Shown here: one piece after another, positions 13,633 to 27,400 of the stretch | How the letters are laid out: each line of letters begins with the position of its first letter | Numbering within the stretch: the stretch's first letter is position 1 | Assembly (NCBI RefSeq): GCF_037042905.1 | Contig: NC_087251.1 | Coordinates: 11,224,001-11,288,000, forward strand | Origin: Lytechinus pictus | Lineage: Eukaryota | Reading direction: 5' to 3' | Length of the DNA: 64,000 bases | Program-made: the position numbers and the translations under genes | The notes under the pieces: model-generated | What the model saw: only the letters and a program-made list of their open reading frames with translations | The model's database searches: none | Told to the model about the DNA's origin: nothing

Positions 13633-14104
13633 ACACCATGACTAAGGACTGTCAACAAGGATCAATTATCATATACAAGGTACTGATGTAACTGCTTGAT
13701 GCAGAAATTATTTCAAGGTATTATTGATAATCAGACTTTCAGATGTGATGCTGGTAATTTAAATTTGGTGATGACAGCTGTCATGACAGATGATGACAGA
13801 TGTCACTACATGTTAATATAATGTGATTCATGATACCTCTGTAAGCTCACATTGGAGGCTTCGCAGCCTTATTCATGCTCTTCAACTCCAAGGATATAAA
13901 GGCTATGGAATTGAGCGCTACTGGTTCAAACCATACAAGGGTCACAATAAATGAACAACATATCAATAAAGTAGCATCAACAGGAATGCATTATCATTTA
14001 CAAAGCACTGATACAGCTACTTGGTGTCAACACTCAACACTAACGTCAACACCAACATCACACCTCAAATCAGTCATTGTTGTATGCAATATTGTATTTA
14101 TATG

Positions 14105-14110
14105 AATAAA
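14105..14110 (+). promoter_or_regulatory. Candidate polyadenylation signal of ZFYVE19 (AATAAA; a second at 14191-14196)
   Basis: AATAAA about 470 nt after the stop with TG/T-rich sequence downstream; weak evidence in AT-rich DNA. Confidence 0.3.
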
Positions 14111-14789
14111 GATAAGAAGATGGGAATGATTGATATGGTTTCTCTGTATCTTGTTCAAGCTGTGCAATAACCTTTTAAGATGAAAATACAAATAAATCAG
14201 GCAAGAGAATGTATTACAATAATACTAAAAGTATCAAAGTATCATCTTTTCAAGATTTTAGTAAAGATTTATATCACATGTGTATTTCATCCATAATTCA
14301 CTTCAGTGGGAGCAAATGTTCAATAGAAAAGGGAATCCAAATGATGAGTTAAGGGGGGGGGGTGAAATTTGCAAAAACAAGTTTGGATACCGTGTTAGTA
14401 ATTACCACTATTATTTGAAAAATTGTTGTTCATATTTCAAAAATGTAGTACCTTCTGTCAAAATCCAAAACAGATTTACACAATTAAAGTAAAACAAAAA
14501 AGCAAATAGAAATAATCATTGTACATGAACCATTTTCATCAAAATGTCAATCAGGCAGTTATTGAATTACGATTCTACTAATTGTTGGAGTACATGCGGA
14601 AATTGTTGATTCTAAAAGAATGTTATGGTTGGCTAATACATTAAAAACATAGTGAGTTTTTATATTATTTTTCATTTGGGTAGTATTAGGGAGATAATTT
14701 CTCTTCAGACTGGCAGGTAATTATGATATATGGCTTTTATATAGTACTTATCACATTGGAATGTCATCTCTCAATGAGTAACATATGTG

Positions 14790-15000
14790 TTTTGTCTTGC
14801 TTGCCCACATGAATATGCAATCTCAATTTCCTAGTGAGTATTCAAGCAATTGCAGTCAGGTTGCTCAAATTTGCTAAGCTAACAAAATTTGTGTTTACAT
14901 GTACATCCTAAACACCTGGGTGGAGAGTGGCAAAGTTATATATTGATGCCCTGCAAAAGGACACGACCCAAAGCCAGAGTGAGAACCTCTACACCACAAA
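14790..15000 (-). mobile_element. Probable SINE remnant
   Basis: ACACCTGGGTGGAGAGTGGCAAAG...TGCC.TGC.AAAGGACAC resembles the reverse strand of conserved-core invertebrate SINEs (from memory). Confidence 0.4.
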
Positions 15001-17052
15001 GCTGCTAAATAAGCTATTTCTCCCAGGACATTACCAGGTCAGCGTTTGGGGCTTGGGTAAAGTTTTCCCCAAAATAACTCTCTATATTTTACAAGCAACT
15101 CCTTAGAAGTTACCCAGAACTTTTTCTTTCATTGCAAATGTTAAAAATGATTAGTTACTTATTAAAAGTGCCTTTTAAAATTCGTTTAACAACCAATGCT
15201 CATTCATTGTAATACATTTATCTAATTAAAGTTTTTCTATAATTTTCATAATTTTTCATAGATGTAATAGTATTATTTATAAATTATTATTTTACATTTG
15301 ATTATGTTATTTTCTTTATGTTTGTACACAACTGAAATGTAATTTCCATTGGCATTGTTGATGTTATGCAATAAACTAACCCATATTGTAATTATCATTG
15401 TATTTTTGAAAGTGATTGATGGATTCAAATTCTACCGATGTAATCCCACTTGTTTACTTATTGTCTGTTTGGCCTCATCCCATATGGTCTTATCACATTT
15501 TGTCTCCAGCCAATTTTATATTTGTGTAATTACTGTTCAATCCATATTCCATGGTTTTATTTCCAGATAGGTAACTAGTGCCTCTATCTGTCTATATGCC
15601 CTCTTGATTAAAGCCCTAAATATTAATTACTCAAAATGGAAGTAATAATTCCTAAGATTAGCAATTTCATCATTTATTTTGATGACATGATATTTCATGT
15701 GAAATGTAGTCAATTATGGACTTGGAGATTATTGGGCCAAATTATGAATATACCAAATCAATGTTAGATCATATTCTGAATGTTGGTTTAACTTTGATAA
15801 GTCTAAGTCGTATTACTGAAAGTCTGTGTGAGATATATGGATAGCCAAAGAAAGTAAAAAATTCTTCAAAACTCCATCTTATGTTTTCTGAGCTCATTTA
15901 CATTTTGCTACCCAAAGTTAAACCACATTTTTAGACCATGCTTTAAGTTGAACCAAAGTTCAGAATATGGTCCTATGGGTTAATAGCATTGTCATAATGA
16001 ATGATCTGATAATTAAAATCAGTTGCTATTGGAACCATGTGGCTTTAAACTATAAATGGCATCAAGGGTGGACATTTTTCTTCAAAAATTGGGTGCAATG
16101 TCATACGCCATAGATTCATTAATAACAGAGTACATATTAAGTGCAATATCAAACATGGACCTGTATGGAAAGCCTTGTCAGAAGTGAAAAAGTAAAATAG
16201 ATGAATTGAACATATGAGACATAAAATTGAGATAAGTCAATAACCAGCAATTTAATCATATGCTTTGCTTATGGGCTGATGTGAAATATCATAGTTCTCT
16301 GAACATTTGAAATCAAAACGTGCAGAGAATGGGAAGCTGTAGACCTCAAAATTGGCTATAATTGAGTTCTGAATACACAGAATACTTTTAATATTCCCAT
16401 TTCAGTGTTTAATATTTACTTGATACAAATTTGACTTCATCTGTATTTTAGTATCTACAGTAAAAGAAAGTAATATGACAAATCTCTTTTGTGCAATAGT
16501 AGAAGTTTCTTCCCTATTGTTCATTGAGTTAAACTTTACATCCTGTAAGATTGTTCCTTGTATAGTTAGTACAAAATGGTACTCATAAAAAATAACAGAA
16601 TTCATGTAAGAATATAGTCTGTATATCTATAAATGATGTCACACACAAGGTTTTATAAAATTAGTCAAAAAAAACCAGAACTATCCATAAACCCTGTAAA
16701 TTCCTTTTTTTTTTGTTGCATAACTTTCAGTAAAAAATGTAATGTTAACAGGGCAAAGTTTGTCACCATTCAAAATGTCATAAAAAAGCTTATATAAAAT
16801 CTTCGAAGATGAAAATTTCCCTCAGAATTGGTAATCTTGCTAAGTCCATATATTTGTGGTGAATATTATGAAGGTTGTATTAACACATGTACCTATATTC
16901 AAACTTTATTTACATTTATTAACATGTTAAAATAATACATTATGTTTCAAGATAAGTTCAATGAAATCAAGGTAACTACTATAATCATAACAGCTTCATA
17001 TTTCAGTAATGAATCAATATCCCACTCTCAGTTCCCTCTTTCTTCTTCCCTC

Positions 17053-17086
<34 letters not shown>

Positions 17087-17504
17087 TCAATCTATACCTC
17101 CTCTCTCTTTCTTGTTTTTTCCCTCTCTTCCTCTCTTAACATCCTTAATTCCATTTCAGGATGTCCGATCTGAATGATTTCCCACTCTTTTACATACATG
17201 TATATATTATAAAGATGGTAGTGCATTATTACAGAACCAGCAGACAAGAATATATCATTACTGGCTTAAAATATGTATTAGGGTATCAGTAACAAAGACC
17301 CAAATGGTCCATGTAATTAAATTGGTAAAATTGCCAATTGGTCTACCCCTGCTTCATCTACTTTACTTTCAGTTTGGCTCATCTAACATGGTCAAACCCA
17401 ACTTCATCTGCAACCAACCTCCACAACTAGTTCATCTACTGACTAGCTGGTCTAATTGCAATTTAACCATTTTCCCATTGTGGGTACTTTTCAGTAAAGG
17501 CTAT

Positions 17505-18700
17505 AGGGGAGACCGGGGTTAGTCGGAACATTTTTGACAAAAATGGCTGTAAAATCCAAATAGATTTTATTCGAGAAACAATCAATATATCAGCTTGAAG
17601 CATATATCTAAGGGCTTCAAATGTACCCCATAAAATTTTTAACTCTATTATGGTTACTGAAAAAAATCCACCTTGAACAAGACCATCGCAAACGTTCCAA
17701 TTGACCCCAATACGGGGTAAGTTGGAACATGGTATGGGGTAAGTTGGAACACTGCATGGTCAATTAAGAATGATACTAAAACTGTGTAAACTGTAATATT
17801 ACATGGTTTTAGCCTATTTGCTTTATTTATTATTTTTTTTTTCTATTACTGTATACAGCCACTCACGCAAGCAGACTGTGTAGTAGAATTCCGCATATTT
17901 GGGTGCGTTTGATTTTACATACAATTAAGTGTACTATCAGCAATTTCATGTACTTCTGCATCAAATTTACAAGACAAAAATTAATTGTTTATATTTTTTT
18001 CATTAATTAATTATGCAAATAAGCATATGAAATTTGCCCTAAATTTTTTTTGTATGTTTTTGCCTTTAACTCTATCAAGCTAGTAGAATGCAAATTTTTG
18101 GTGAGAGTATCAATTTTCACATTTATAACAAATATCCACAAAAAATTGCAAAAAATATAATTTCTTATGTATTTTTTTTTTTTTTTTTGTATTTCTTTGT
18201 TTTTTCGAACCTATGTTTTTTCCGATGAACTTTGTCGGGACTCTTTTGCGATCATAAATAGCATAAAATAAATCTATTTGAACCAACAAAAGTAATAAAT
18301 AATCGTACATTTATGACTTTTGGTTGAAAAACACAATTTGCATTGACCTTGTACATGGAATCACGTTTTTGAGCAATTTTGGGTCCGACATGCACGTACA
18401 AAATGTTGCGTAATTTCAAAAACCGCGCACACAGGCACCGCAAATTTGGTCTCAAATGATGCGCAAGACTTGAAAGTAAAAAGTCAGCGAGTAGTGTAGT
18501 CAAAAAAAATTTCGCGCGACAGCGTAGTGACCTTAAATGCACACTCAGACCTAACTAATAAACAAAACAAGCATGATATACAATACATGTTCAGAAGAGT
18601 GTGAAATACTATAAATATTTTTATTCATAATTATGTTTGGGGTAAGTTGGAACATGTTCCAACTAGCCCCTTCAATTTTTTTCCAACTAACCCCGGAGGC
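17505..18700. mobile_element. pogo-like MITE remnant with a nested fragment of another repeat (~17860-18550)
   Basis: ta|GGGGGAGACCGGGGTTAGTCGGAACA start; GGGGTAAGTTGGAACA repeats on both sides of the nested block; right terminus not found. Confidence 0.5.
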
Positions 18701-19671
18701 CCATTTGACGTTTATAAGCTTACAGCACAAAAAAGGGACTTCACCATGGCATATTAATAACCTCATTTTGTAGCTTGGTACAAGTGTCTATCATCTTGTC
18801 TTCAGATTTCATGCACTACCTTAACATAAACCTGGTGCAAACTCTGTATCATCAAGTTCTATTCATTCAGGTAAATCTAAACTATAGGCATCAAGCAATG
18901 CCATCATTTGTCATGAAAACCCTGCACATATGCCTGTACTCTCACAATGCTGATGTCACTTGACTACATTTTGAATTCATCTTTTTCCAAGAGTAAAGAT
19001 GTATAATCAATCCACCCATTCACATTTTGTTAAAAAAGATATAGTTTGATACCCCTTCTAGAATCTGAATAACAAATAGCAATGCTTGCTTTCCATAGTA
19101 AAGAACAATTTGAATCAATGGCAACTCTTAAAGATATGAACCAGGGGTGATTCACTAAGATCTAAAATGAATTTAAAATACTGAATAAATTTCATTCAAT
19201 TTTCGAGAGATGGAATCAATTTTACAAGATATTGCAAGGCTACAGCCTCTTCAAATTAACGTAAGCTCATAATGAAGAATCTCCAGTTGTCTCCATTAGA
19301 AATACTTCATATAGTCTTATTTTACATGATGATGTTATCATTTGAAGCCTTGGATAATGATACTGGCATCACACCCAGGTATGAGTATCATGTCCTCAAA
19401 AACAGGAAACGTGCACATTTTCAAGAGAACAGTGTTGCCAAGCCGACAATGTATAAGGAGATGAAAATGATGAACATAACAGCATCTGGTATTGTTGATA
19501 CAAGTTTCTTTTCCTGTAGCATAAAAAAAGGAATTATTATAACAGATGGGCATTAGAATACCGGTACATATGCCAACGAGAGTGGGGGATGACACAGTGA
19601 GGGAGAGAGAGAGATGTAGAGAGGAAGGAAAGCGAGCGAGAGAGGGGTGGTGTACACGAGGACATTACTAA

Positions 19672-19834
19672 TACCTCAGTCACATTTGTTCTACGGCGGC
19701 CGTACAGCGAGTCGAGAACAGCCTTTCTATTCATTTTTATTTAAACCACCTATATGTAACTATTACAAGAAAATGTTAAAACACCTGTTATCAACTCGGC
19801 GTACGGCCGCCTTAGAGCCAATGTGAATGAGGTA
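19672..19834. mobile_element. 163-bp PIF/Harbinger-type MITE
   Basis: taa|TACCTCAGTCACATT...AATGTGAATGAGGTA|taa; ~55-bp imperfect TIRs; TAA TSD. Confidence 0.85.
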
Positions 19835-20617
19835 TAAGTAGTAAGCTTTTTTCGTTTATAAACATACAAATTTATGCATGATTTAAAAAATTGGTATTAT
19901 TAATGACAACCCTGGCACATGCTTGTCTGAAATAACAAAAATTATTCATACAAACTGAGTTCCAAAAAATAGCATGAGAGCTAGAGTAGCTATGAAGTGT
20001 AACAAGAAAACTGGATACAGTGAACATGAAAACGAGCAAAAAAAATGTTCAAAATCAAATGGAAGATTAGAAGTCATGTATCTTTATATCTTTGTATAGT
20101 CTTATTTCTGGGTTTTTTTTAATGAAAGAACAGTGACATCATCCAGGGTGATTGTGATTCCTTTCCCAGGGCAGTAGATCAATTCATGTGCAATAATGAT
20201 TATAGAGGGGATGGAAATCTCATCAAATCATGTAGACGGCACATAAACATGCATTTCTTTCTCTTCCTGTTTAGAGTTTTTACATTATAGTCATGACAAT
20301 GTGTAACATTTCATTTTAGCTGGATAAATTCTGCTACTTTTCAATAAAAATGTCAATAGACATTATAATGCACCAGAAATTATTTTTTCCAGGGGCTAAA
20401 ATGCTGTTTTCCCAGGAGTAATAAAATTCGTACCTGGAATATAGCTATGATGACAACACTATGATTACAATATATGCAAGACAATTATATAATTTCCATT
20501 TGATAAATAAACACTAATTGTATACTGAAGATATTGATATATTGAGCACTTTCTATTAGTTGATGTGGTGCTTTATAAATAACCAAGGAGTTGCCACCAA
20601 TGTTATCATTTCTTTCT

Positions 20618-21404
20618 TCAGATACTAGAAAATAATGCTATTGTTAGTCTTTTGGCTCTCAATATCCCGAACAGCAAATATATTAAACAACTTACAGCTA
20701 TGGTCAACAACTGCTCCCCATCCTCTTCAGTATTGCCCTCTTTAGTTTTGAATCTCTTCAGCAATGGAAGGACGAAGAACAACAATAAAACAGCAGCAAT
20801 GATGAGAAAAATGTAAACCGTTGAAAAGAGCATAAAGTTGTACAAGTCTGTTTGTTCATGGGACTGGATCTGCACGAGGACGCTGAATCCTGCAAGGATG
20901 AGTTGTCCAAGAAAAGCCATCCCTACCATAAGAATCCTCTCTCCTGCCATTGGTGGGAGAAAGAACACACCCAGTGCTGCAAGTGATGTCATGATGGACG
21001 GTGCCACTAACTGAATAGGGGTGTTTGACGTTTCTGTGTTACTGATCATGTTAAAGTTGAAGGTTGCCAAGGAGATCGGTCCATGGGGGCTTGGTCTTGA
21101 TTGCACCTCCTGCTTGATAATCACTCCATCCAGCCACCACTCATCCTTAATGTCTTCAAGAGCTGTGACATCAGGTGGTGTGGCGTGGTACAAAATGGCG
21201 GCATGAGACTGTATTGCACAACCCATTTTCAAAGTACACCTCCGTCTCGTCTTTCCATTCATTTCATCGTCCAAACCATTGCTGCTTTCGTCACTTGGCT
21301 TCCCTTTGACACATGGTAGAGAGGCCTCCATGATACTCACGTCGGCCACCTTTCCACTCGCAAAAACAAGAACATTTTTAGAGCTGGTCTCCTTGGTAGC
21401 TACC
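20618..21404 (-). CDS. Cys-loop receptor exon 5 (rest of extracellular domain + M1-M4)
   Basis: tttttccttcag|G GTA GCT; corresponds to the 271-aa ORF 20618..21433. Confidence 0.9.
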
Positions 21405-24400
21405 CTGAAGGAAAAACAATGATGAGAAATCACCAGAAAAAAGCATGTTTTAAGTTAAATATTATCTTTTTTCGTGAATCTTGTGAATACTGGGGTCTCT
21501 GAGAAGGCAGGATAAGAAGACAGACTGAATTTAGATGACCCTATTATGATAAAACCAAACTGAATTATAAAATCATTGTACAAGAACATCCTATTTATGT
21601 ACATGTATGTGTACAGTAGATGCATTGGTTGTACATATCATTCTGGTCTAATTACCATTCGGTCTAATCAAAACTTGTTCTTATATATCCACTCAGGGTA
21701 CTTGTCTATTTACCTGTTGGACATAAAGTTTGAAGAAAATACTCTGATTGGAATGTCTTCCAAACTTTTTAATTTGCTTCTTGAATGAACAATTGAATAG
21801 GAAGCAATAGAAATAAGCTCCTTCTCTGATGCTTTAGAATGTTTCAGCCTATTTTGCTGTTAAAACTGAGGATAGACTAGTCAGATCTAACTATGTTTTA
21901 CATGTGTGTGTATTTTAAGAATTTGAAGTGAGATATCTAAACTCTTAAGGCTACATACTAAAACTTCTAAATTGATTTAGAAGAAATGAACCAAAAAAAA
22001 TAATGGTAATATGTTGTTAACAATACTTCATATAACTATATTTATAGATCTTTAATATGGTTTACCACCTGTTGGTCTAATTGCTATTTGGTCCAATTAA
22101 CACTTAGGGGGTGTGGCAAGAAAGTATTTGCGATCAATTTGCAAATATTCTGTTGCAATTTTACAATTGATGGATCAACTTTAGTTATAGCAAATCAGAT
22201 TAAACTTCTTGTTTCATGGAGTAGATTAGCAATCAATCGCAAATTTGCAATTAATTGCACGGCATATGCTTGATTTCGGGAACGAAAATAGACTTGCTAT
22301 TGATCGCAAGTTTCTTGCAACGCTTAGTCTAATATCCATGGGCTACTTGTCATTTTCTGAGTATTAGACAAACTAGCGTAATTAGAAAATTGAAGGATGT
22401 AGGCTGTTGAAGTAACAACTTAATCAACTACTGATATGCCTATGTTGTAGTCGTTGATGTTGATGTTATATTGGATGAAACCAAACATGTATTAGGTGAA
22501 CTGAGAGTGACAACTATTCTTCTGATTATGAATTTACATAAATAATTTTTAAAGCAGTTTTGATATATTTCTACAAAACTTGTTAGTAACACCCACAGAT
22601 CCTGAAAGCTTAGAGCCTTAAGCTTTTTCAACTTCATATTAGGAAATTAAACAATATGTCACCATGTCCAAGTGGAATATACTGTGTTTAATAGGAAGCC
22701 AAAATTGTGATGAGGGTTGCATTTTTCTGCCCATTAAAAAGATTTTAACAAGTCTTCTCAAAATATCTTTCTTCTCTTTGTCAACCTGTGTACTTTTCCA
22801 ATGTAAATATTTGTTATCGGAATAGGCTCAATTTTTGGTGTACTTAGCAGTTTCATTGATAGAAACTCCATTCCATTAAATCTCAGAGCACATTGTGTAT
22901 TCATTTTTGCAATCATCTTATTTCATCTTCATGTTTTGAAAGATGTATGAAAACTATTTTTTGATATTGCAAGTGTCTAATTGTAGTGATCTCATCTGAG
23001 GCAAGGAGCAATATGAAATTACATGGATGATTACTTTGACATACCCCATGTGTAATGTAGTATCAGGTTCCCAAACAGCATGTCTTGGAATGTAGATAGA
23101 TGTGATGTTATACTCCTCCATGTCCCAAGATAGTGTTTGGTCCATCCAGCTCTGTACGATGAAGATGCATGTGCAAGAGACGATAGGGAGAGTACAGGAA
23201 GGAGAGAGTATCAGAAGAGGGTGGAGAAGAGTGGGAATGTACAATTAGAAAGCAACTTGTTTAACGATTTTCACGTTCGGCTCACTACTCTGTATATCTC
23301 TCAATTCGCAAATAATAGCGCAACAAATTTAACATTTAAAGGTCAATTCCACCCCAGAAAAATGTTGATTTGAATAAATAGAGAAAAATCAAACTAGCAT
23401 AATGCTGAAAATTTCATCAAAATCGGATGTAAAATAAGTAAGTCATGACATTTTAAAGTTTCGCTTATTTTTCACAAAACAGTGATATGCACAACTCAGT
23501 GACATGCAAATGAGACAGACGATGATGTCCCTCACTCACTATTTATTTTGTTTTTTATTGTTTGAATTATATATACAATATTTCATTTTTTACAGATTTG
23601 ACAAATAGGACCAACTTGACTGAAGCATATAATATTAAACAATGCTAATTCCACATGTTCAGGAACTAATCGCTGTTTTACTTGACAATGAGGAGAAAAT
23701 TAGAATATTTAATATTTCATGTAATAAAATACAAAAGAAATAGTGATTGGATGACGTCATCAGTCTCCTCATTTGCATATCAACCAGGATGTGAATATAA
23801 CTGTTTTGTGAAATTAAGCGAAACTTTAAAATATCATAACTTTCTTATTTTACATCCGATTTTGATGAAATTTTCAGAGTTATGCTTGTTTGGATTTTTC
23901 TCTTTTTATTCAAATCAACATTTTGTTGGGTTGGACTTGTCCTTTAAGAATGACAATTGCTAATGATGAGCATTGATTATTAATTGTCTTTCCATGACCT
24001 TATTCGGGGAATTCTACTTCAATAATCATTTGGTAGAAATACATATTTCCAATTGAAAAAATATAGGCCTAAGTTAAGGGCATTTTAAAGTTGCTAAAAA
24101 GTATTCCAAAATAATTATTCGAATTTTATGCTTGTATCGTAGCCACCTCACCACCCATTATAATTATGGACCAATATGTAGATCTATTTTGAATATATTT
24201 CCGAGCAACATTAATCGTTTACTGCTGAAAAATAAAACACATATACTTCAATTTTATTCACTAACAAAAACGATGCAGTGGGCGCTTTGTCCATGGCAAA
24301 TGAAAGGGGAGGTTCCTTCGTGTATACCCGTGATTGATTTACAAGCTGCTGTGTGGATCTCACTAGAACATAATCTACCATCATTGTCTGGAAGATCATT

Positions 24401-27400
24401 AAATGATGGGAAATGGGGAAATAAAAGATAAATTTCATGAAGGTTTTGCGAAATAACAAAAATGAATGTTTATCATTTTCATTTTGTGACGTCATATGCG
24501 AACATCTGTCCCCGTAGGCCCATGTCCTGATTTCCACAACTTGCCATTAATTCGGGAATGTTTGATGATGACTAATTTGTATTTCTCTATAAAATGTGTA
24601 TAAAATAATTCTCAGAGAAATTAACATGTTGCGAAACTGCTCGGACGTGACGTCAAGAACTTATACAATCATAAAATATCCATAACTTTGTTATTCTTTG
24701 ATAGAATGCCGCTAAACCTTTATTAATATATTTTTCTTATTTCTACGTTTTTATTGTCACTAACTGGGTGTCAGGGTGGATTTCCCATTTTATAAAAACG
24801 ACCTCCTTTGTTTCTAACAAAACAATATTACCTGATAAAGTCCAAAGCATACTTTTACGGTGCCATCCGCTTCATTCTATTGGGGAAATAGAAAAGAAAG
24901 GAATGTAAGTTAAAGGACAAGTCCACCTTAGCAAAAAGTTGATTTGAATAATAAGAGAAAAATCCAACAAGCATAACACCGAAAATTTCATCAAAATCAG
25001 ATGTAAAATAAGAAAGTTATGACATTTTTAAGTTTCGCTTAATTTCACAAAACAGTTATATGCACATCCTGGTCGGTATGCAAATGAGGGGACTGATGAC
25101 ATCACTCACTCACTATTTCTTTTGTATTTTATTGTATGAAATATTAATTATTCTAATTTTCTCCTCATTATTCTGTGAGACAAAGTTTGATTCCTCCCTG
25201 AATTGTTATAACATCTTATGGTTGAGTTAAGTTGGTCCTTAATGTCAAATTGGTAAAAATTGAATATTGTATATTTCAAACAATAAAAAACAAAAGAAGT
25301 AGTGAGTGATGGACATCATCGACTCTCTCATTTACAAGTCACCGAGTTGTGCATAACTGTTTTGTGAAAAATAAGCGAAACTTTAAAATGTCATAACTTT
25401 CTTATTTTAAATCCGATTTCAATGAAATTTTCAGCATTATGCTTGTTTGATTTTTCTCTATTGATTCAAATCAACATTTTTCTGGGGTGGACTTGACCTT
25501 TAAGTGTGCTGTTGGGGACATGCATTACAGGGGGGAGGGGGTGGTGTTGATATTTAGGTACATAAATTATGCTAACTTCTAGAATCTGACAATGCACCTT
25601 TGTGTTGCAAACTCCCGAGGACCTTTTCATGAAAGTTGTTATCGCGAACACCTTGTCATTTCCCGACAGTCACCGAAGTTAAAGGGATGGTCTGGGCTGA
25701 AAAAAAAAATCTAAATAAATACAGTGCGTTTCAAAAAAAAAGTTTACACTTAGAAAAAATCTTATAAAATTACACATTTGTAATATCCTGAAGATTTTTC
25801 CACTTTTTAACATTGGTACAGATCCATTCAAGCAAATGATGATAAAACTGACGAAAAATATTTCCGCTTGAGTGAGCACCACTTACTTTTGAAAAGTGAG
25901 TGAAAAATGATTTGCGCAGAACTTTGAAATAGTTATGCGAATAAAAGTAGACCTTAATCATGAAGAACACGTGGAAATTAGCTAGTAAAATTGATTTGAA
26001 GATATCTTTTACCTTTTTTAATTTGTTTCCTTGCCCAAAACACTTCAAAATGCGCATTGAACCCCACCCCACTCCCCACACACCGAGGCCATTGTGACGT
26101 TATTTGCTTTACACTGAGCTGTGATTTACCTGAAATGGTTTAGGATTGATTTTCATTTTGATAATCATTGTCAAGCTTGGGAAAAGTGTGAAGAAACAAC
26201 TATTAAATGTAAAATGAAATGTAAACCCACTTTAAATGATAAAAACTTAGTAAAAAAAGATGCTGGAGATGTCTGATATAGACTTTTGTTCAGATTCAGT
26301 TATTTCCTCAGATCCAGCTGACACAAAAAGGATAAAGGTTGTGCTTACTAAGTGTTACAAAATTGTTACAAAATGCTTGAATGTATCCGTTTCATTTCAA
26401 TTGACTAAAAGTACAAGGAAAAATGTATGAGAAATGTTTCGCAGGGTAAGTTTGATTTCGCCCTTTCCTCTTGACACAGCGTGAAAACAAGCATTTCTGC
26501 GCAAACAGATTTCTTCGAGCTTTACGAAAATGGACAGTGCTCACTCAAGTGTAACATTCTGTCAAAACTTTTACTTTCATTGGATAGATGAGACCCAAAC
26601 CCAAGATTATATGTGAAAAAATTACCCACATGTTGTATTTTTTTAAATTCCCAGGGCTTTTTCAAAGTGTAAACTTTTTTTTTATACGCACTGTAGAGTA
26701 AAATTCACAGAGCAAAATGCTGAAAATTTCATCAGAATCGGAAAACAAACAACAAAGACATTGAATTTTAAAGTTTATCAATATTTTGTGAAAACAGTTA
26801 TATGCACATCGTCATGAATATTCATTAGGTGAGCTGATGATGTCACATCCCCACTTTCCTTTTACTTATGTTATTACATGGAATCACAAATTTTTCATTT
26901 TTTCTCACATGTGTAAATGGTGTGTCTCCATTATGATGAAATAAGTTGCAGCATAAATAACTAATGCACTTAATCAGTTGTCAATCCAATTGTTTCAGTT
27001 CTCGGTAGAAAAAAAATGAATAAACCTAATTTCATATAATAAAATACAAAAGAACAAGTGGGATATGACATCACCAACCCACCTAATGAATATTCATAAA
27101 GACATGCCTAGCACTGTTTCACATGAATAATGCAAATCTTTAAAATTCAATCACTTTGTTATTTGTTATCCGATTTTGATAAAATTTTCAACATTTTGCT
27201 TTGTGAATTTTACTCTATTTATTGAGATATAGATATCTCCAGCCTAGCTGGACCATCCCTTTAGAGTCTGACAACATGTGCGTCTTATAACCAATCAAAA
27301 TGAAGGAAAGAAAACATTTACCGGGTCATGATTAACATGTAGATTTAAACCGAATTATTCTACAATCTTCGAAAAATATGTTTTTAACAACAAGTTTGAT

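Noticed and set aside
21405..21433. ORF-track N-terminus MISHHCFSFR of the 271-aa ORF as a single-exon gene
   Set aside because: This is the polypyrimidine tract and acceptor; upstream exons supply the real N-terminus.
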